Assembly (NCBI GenBank): GCA_036561825.1
Contig: DATCUN010000261.1
Coordinates: 1 to 51,531 of the forward strand
Source of the DNA: Pseudomonas sp.
GTDB taxonomy: Bacteria > Pseudomonadota > Gammaproteobacteria > Pseudomonadales > Pseudomonadaceae
DNA: 51,531 nucleotides
Direction: 5' to 3'
The notes below the pieces were generated by a model. The model made no database searches and was not told the DNA's origin. It worked only from the letters and a program-made list of their open reading frames with translations. The stretch's first letter is position 1. The number at the start of each line of letters is the position of its first letter. The translations under genes were made by a program, and so were the position numbers. Positions 51,220 to 51,531 of this stretch are shown here, one piece after another.

Positions 51220-51531
51220 TTTTTGTTTTCCTTCTTTTGTTTTGATTAGGCAATGTCTGCCCGTTTACTGCTCTTGTTTAGAAAGCAATTCTTTGGTGTT
51301 TGTCTTTGAGGCTGGCGCTTTGGAAAGGCGGGAAAAGCATCTTAGACTTCGCTGGCGCTACGTCTTACCGACATCGCTACGCAATGTCTCGTCAATAATC
51401 GCTCGCTATGCTTCGCTCTTATTGACTAACCTTAAACTATATATATAAAAGATGCTGTTCAGGCGCCATAGTCGCCATAATGCTCTAAACCGCGCATGTA
51501 CTGGGCATTACAGCTATGGCGGGTATTATGG

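Larger units (their letters stand above)
48251..51531. mobile_element. Low-GC genomic island / integrative element at tRNA-Ser (left part only)
   Basis: Abrupt fall in GC and codon style after the tRNA; IHF consensus, triple CTACCCA repeats, serine recombinase, orphan ORFs. Confidence 0.8.

Overview
GC-rich Pseudomonadaceae chromosome segment, mostly conserved core genes in an order I recall from P. aeruginosa PA0933-PA1013. In order: rlmD(partial)-relA-mazG, lpxO, DUF2058, DUF3108, purN-purM, DUF2066-AI-2E-hda, wrbA-arsC, yihY, tlpA, proS, oprD, HIT-slyX, membrane-anchored cold-shock protein, aspS-yebC-ruvCAB, ybgC-tolQRAB-pal-cpoB, queE-queC-tRNA-Lys, nadA, bepA, tusA, bcp-gcvR, dapA-bamC-purC-tRNA-Ser. 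Three things stand out. (1) A 7-gene cluster between oprD and HIT (20152-26719) encodes a 'thermostable hemolysin'-family protein, an adenylate-forming enzyme, a heme-oxygenase-like diiron enzyme, an SDR, an exported TPR protein and a QseBC/PmrAB-like pair, with a PmrA/BqsR-type box upstream. It looks like a regulated small-molecule biosynthesis or modification module of unknown product. (2) Two copies of a ~141-bp intergenic element (6103-6244, 30414-30554) differ by compensatory base-pair changes, consistent with a structured RNA or MITE. (3) A low-GC integrated element starts right after tRNA-Ser(CGA) and runs off the window end; it has an IHF site, triple arm-like repeats, a serine recombinase and four orphan ORFs. 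All calls come from motif recognition and recall; no database searches were run.
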